Below the pieces are notes generated by a model. It was not told the origin of the DNA. It saw only the letters and a list, made by a program, of their open reading frames with translations, and searched no databases. From the NCBI GenBank assembly GCA_043803405.1, contig JAZDKB010000018.1, positions 192,001 through 256,000 on the forward strand: 64,000 nt of DNA, written 5' to 3'. A program made the position numbers and the translations under genes. Position 1 is the first letter of the stretch; every line of letters starts with the position of its first letter. This document shows positions 60,635 to 64,000 of this stretch, one piece after another. This DNA is from Spirochaetota bacterium. Lineage in GTDB: Bacteria > Spirochaetota > UBA4802 > JAFGDQ01.

Positions 60635-60844
60635 ATTATTTTCATTAATCCTGAATAAATTTTTACCGGCGTTTCTATTAGTTAATACGGCATTTTTATG
60701 CAGTCAATATATTTATATATTTTAATGCCGCATGCAATAAATAATTATTTTATCAGATGCTATCTAAAAAATAAAATATATCAAAATATACTAGAATGGA
60801 AAAAGTAATTGACAAAAATATATTCTTTCTAATAATCTGCGCCC

Positions 60845-61261
60845 ATGATTGAATTCGAAGATAGCACTTGCTTTGGCTGCGGGCAGGAAAACGAATGCGG
60901 TTTAAAACTAAAACTGCATTACGACTTGGATACTCAAACAGCGTTTGGAGAATTTACGGCTAACCAGCAGCATGAAGGATTACCCAATATTATTCACGCC
61001 GGTATTGTAACCGCAATGCTGGATGAAACAATGACAACCATAAATAAATACCTTGAATTCACGGCATTAACCGGAGAACTGGCAATCAGATATCTTCAGC
61101 CGGCATTTATTAATGAGAGACTGCATATCAGGGGCTGGCATGTTAAAAAAAATAAACGCGTAATTGAAAACAGAGCTGAAATAGAAAATGAAATGGGCAA
61201 GGTTGTCGCCAGAGCAAAAGGCAAATACATAGAAGTGGATGAATTTCCGCAACCCGAGTAA
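60845..61261 (+). CDS. PaaI-family hotdog thioesterase
   Basis: [41 protein letters not shown]. Confidence 0.88.
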   Translation: MIEFEDSTCFGCGQENECGLKLKLHYDLDTQTAFGEFTANQQHEGLPNIIHAGIVTAMLDETMTTINKYLEFTALTGELAIRYLQPAFINERLHIRGWHVKKNKRVIENRAEIENEMGKVVARAKGKYIEVDEFPQPE

Positions 61262-61330
61262 ACCTAACCGGATATTTCGACAAACAAAGCATAATAATAA
61301 CATAAAAACATAGACGGTTTTTTTATTATT

Positions 61331-61414
61331 GCCGAAGTGGTGAAATTGGTAGACGCAGCGGACTCAAAATCCGCCGGGGGTAACCCCATGAGGGTTCGAT
61401 TCCCTCCTTCGGCA
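61331..61414 (+). tRNA. tRNA-Leu (anticodon CAA)
   Basis: Acceptor GCCGAAG/CTTCGGC, anticodon arm GCGGA-CTCAAAA-TCCGC, variable arm GGGG-GTAA-CCCC, GGTTCGATTCC; CCA not encoded. Confidence 0.95.
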
Positions 61415-61614
61415 ATTTTCAATTTCCCCGCTTCACATTAGTTGCTATGCATCATTCAGCCGGTTGTAATCATTATAATTAACAAATAAATTCAATATTT
61501 TATTGTCGAATAATACATTATTGTTTATAATATCATATAGAGTAAAATTTACAAATTAAATTATTTATTTAGTTTGTTACAATATAACATAATAAATTTG
61601 CAGGTTAATAATAT

Positions 61615-63126
61615 ATGAGTAATCCATTATATGAATCGAAAAATGAATGGGAAGAAATTTCCAGTGCAATGTCAAATAAAAGCGCTAAAGCGGAAGCTGA
61701 CCCGGTCGGCTCCAAACCTGGTGTTCCGAGAAAGGATTCAATTTTAAGATTTAATCTTAAACCGGAAGAACTGGAAAGCTACCTTAATAGATATATAGTA
61801 GGCCAGGAGGAAGCTGTTGAGGTTATAGCGACCAAGGTCTGCACTCATTTTAACAGGATGGAAATTGAGAAATCTATCCCTGAAGATGAAAAAATAGTCG
61901 GCAACATAAAAAGCAATATGCTGCTTGTAGGGCCTACAGGCGTCGGTAAGACTTACATTATAAAGCTGATCGCAAAGAAAATAGGCGTTCCCTTTGTAAA
62001 AGCCGACGCCACAAAATTCAGCGAAACAGGCTATGTCGGAGGCGACGTAGAGGACCTGGTAAGGGAGCTTGTACACGAGGCAGACGGCGATATTACCCGG
62101 GCCGAATATGGCATCATTTATCTGGATGAAATAGATAAGATTGCAGCTTCTGGCAACAGTTATGGACCGGATGTCTCAAGGACCGGAGTGCAGAGAAATC
62201 TGCTTAAACTCATGGAAGAGGCCGAAGTAGATCTGAAGACGCCTCATGACCTTGCTTCGCAGGTTGAAGCTGCAATGGAAGCCCAGAAAACAGGCAAGGT
62301 GACAAGAAAAAAAATAAACACGAGGAACATATTGTTTATCGTATCCGGCGCGTTTAATTCTCTGGAAGAGATCATCAAGAAAAGACTCAACAGGCAATCA
62401 ATCGGCTTTGACAAAGAACATAATGCATGTGAAGAAAAAAAGAATATTTTCAGGGAAGTCAAAACCGAAGACCTCATAAAATACGGTTTTGAATCGGAAT
62501 TTATCGGCAGGCTTCCTGTTACGGTTCTATTGAATGAACTCGAAGAAGACGGTTTGTATAAAATTCTAAAGAATAAATACAGTAGCGTTGTGCTGGGCAA
62601 AAAGCTGGACTTTAAAGCATACGGCATCGATCTTGATTTTACTGATGAAGCTTTAAAAATACTGGCAAAAAGAGCATGCCAGGAAAAAACCGGCGCCCGC
62701 GGACTTTTAAGCGTTTTTGAGAATGCTTTAATTAAGTTTGAAAAAACGCTGCCGTCAACAAATATAACGGCGATTTTAATAAACAAAGACGTAGTGGAAA
62801 ATCCGGAAAAAGAGCTGCAGAAGATGCTTTTAATTTTTATTGAGGATGATATTAAAAAATTCCAGAGGGATTTTTTAATAAATCACGGGATATTCCTGGA
62901 ATTTGAAAAAGATGCAATAGACTCAATAAAGGATTTCGCGCTTAAAAACAATAAAAGTATTAAGCAGATATGCAGCGATTCTTTTCATGATTATCATTTC
63001 GGGATTAAGCTTATGGAAAAGGATACATTTACGATAAGCAAAGAAGCTGTATTAAGTCCCAATGAATATTTGAATAATTATATAAAGAAAAATTATAAGA
63101 AAGAACCTGTGGAAAACAAGAGTTAG
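61615..63126 (+). CDS. ClpX-like AAA+ ATPase lacking the zinc-binding domain, with a C-terminal extension
   Basis: YIVGQEEA, GPTGVGKT, DATKFSETGYVGGDVE, YLDEIDKI, SIGF, EFIGRLP, TGARGL. Confidence 0.85.
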   Translation: MSNPLYESKNEWEEISSAMSNKSAKAEADPVGSKPGVPRKDSILRFNLKPEELESYLNRYIVGQEEAVEVIATKVCTHFNRMEIEKSIPEDEKIVGNIKSNMLLVGPTGVGKTYIIKLIAKKIGVPFVKADATKFSETGYVGGDVEDLVRELVHEADGDITRAEYGIIYLDEIDKIAASGNSYGPDVSRTGVQRNLLKLMEEAEVDLKTPHDLASQVEAAMEAQKTGKVTRKKINTRNILFIVSGAFNSLEEIIKKRLNRQSIGFDKEHNACEEKKNIFREVKTEDLIKYGFESEFIGRLPVTVLLNELEEDGLYKILKNKYSSVVLGKKLDFKAYGIDLDFTDEALKILAKRACQEKTGARGLLSVFENALIKFEKTLPSTNITAILINKDVVENPEKELQKMLLIFIEDDIKKFQRDFLINHGIFLEFEKDAIDSIKDFALKNNKSIKQICSDSFHDYHFGIKLMEKDTFTISKEAVLSPNEYLNNYIKKNYKKEPVENKS

Positions 63127-63160
63127 CAATAATCAGTTAAATCTAACATCTTGCGCGACT

Positions 63161-63201
63161 TTTCTGGCGGGATATAATATTCATAAATTTTCCGCCAGAA
63201 A
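63161..63201. terminator. Hairpin between the convergent ClpX-like and HTH genes
   Basis: TTTCTGGCGG...CCGCCAGAAA inverted repeat. Confidence 0.6.
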
Positions 63202-63246
63202 TACCCCATCCATGGACTCTGCGGCGGTCGGCAACCTCTTGTTTCC

Positions 63247-63999
63247 TTAAATCTGTTTTACTTTGATCCCGTACTTCTTAATTTTGTTAACGAGCGCTTT
63301 GCCGGATAATTTCAGCTTTTTTGCGGTTTCCGGAATGCTGTTATTATTTTGCCGTATGGCATCGACAATAATTGATCTCTCTGCCGATTCGAGCATTTCA
63401 TTCAATGACATTGTGTTCATATTGATTCCGGGAAAGCTTACGCCCGAAGTTCCGCCCAGGGAATTATCAATATATATCAAATAGCCGACATTCTTCCCGT
63501 CTGAAACAAGTTGCATCTTTTCATAATAAAACATCATGTCTTTATTATAAAAATACATTTCTTTATTATCCTTCTTTTTATAAAAGAAGTCGTTTTTGTC
63601 CGGATTGCTTAATGTCGCTTCAATAAAACCTGCATCCACATCCTTGCCTGAATGTTTATTATACAAATCTTCAAAATGGCTGTTATAGAAAATTGTTTTG
63701 CCTTTTTCGTTTAAAGCGTATAATGGCCGCGGGATATGTTCCAGTACAAGATAAATCATCCATTCGAGCACCTGTTCTTCCCTGTGCTTCGGAGCTTCCT
63801 TGTCGGTTTTTCCGCCCGATTGCTCGCAGGCAGCAAAGAGATCGAGCCTTGACCATTTTCCGTATATGTCGCCGAATAAATTAATGACTATGAATTCCTT
63901 TACATTACCGACAACCGGCAGCAGTTCGTCCAGCGTCATTTTTTTTGAAATCTTGATTATAAAAGCGTCTATTTTCTGCTTTCCTACTCTTTCAAGGTC
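63247..63999 (-). CDS. PAS-like + C-terminal Fis-type HTH protein (partial, N-terminus beyond the right edge)
   Basis: Frame stays open past ATG 63939 to the edge (DLERVGKQKIDAF...); LEHIPRPLYALNEKGKTIFYN PAS-like start; LESAERSIIVDAI..TAKKLKLS..LVNKIKKYGI Fis HTH. Confidence 0.75.
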   Translation of the reverse strand, partial: DLERVGKQKIDAFIIKISKKMTLDELLPVVGNVKEFIVINLFGDIYGKWSRLDLFAACEQSGGKTDKEAPKHREEQVLEWMIYLVLEHIPRPLYALNEKGKTIFYNSHFEDLYNKHSGKDVDAGFIEATLSNPDKNDFFYKKKDNKEMYFYNKDMMFYYEKMQLVSDGKNVGYLIYIDNSLGGTSGVSFPGINMNTMSLNEMLESAERSIIVDAIRQNNNSIPETAKKLKLSGKALVNKIKKYGIKVKQI

Positions 64000-64000
64000 G

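Noticed and set aside
33015..61414. The two tRNA-Leu genes as ends of an integrated element
   Set aside because: They are different complete isoacceptors, no duplicated 3' end or integrase is present, and core genes lie between them.
1..64000. CRISPR array, IS element, prophage or defence island
   Set aside because: No regularly spaced direct repeats, transposase, integrase, phage structural or cas genes were recognised by eye.

Overview
AT-rich bacterial chromosomal window, mostly core genome. It most likely comes from an LPS-producing spirochaete of Leptospira-like organisation; this is an inference from the tandem flaA genes followed by a 906-aa GreA, plus lpxB and an LptE-like gene. About 50 CDSs are supported, including holA, rsgA, lpxB, dprA, amtB-glnK, rpmE, rho, pyrD, hisC, hrcA-grpE-dnaK-dnaJ with a perfect CIRCE, ino1, a TetR-TolC-RND module, manC, psd and a ClpX-like ATPase. 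There are two tRNA-Leu genes and one VapBC-type toxin-antitoxin pair. No CRISPR array, IS element, integrase or prophage was seen. Best leads: (1) two tandem cNMP-GGDEF genes whose active sites are degenerate in reciprocal ways, suggesting an obligate heterodimer that may make something other than c-di-GMP; (2) a class I adenylate cyclase at the left edge that the ORF track missed; (3) a 1616-aa GH13 + GT5 (glycogen synthase-like) fusion; (4) an RNHCP-rsgA operon behind an unannotated 16-codon leader peptide in a heavily structured leader. All calls come from reading motifs by eye; no database searches were run.
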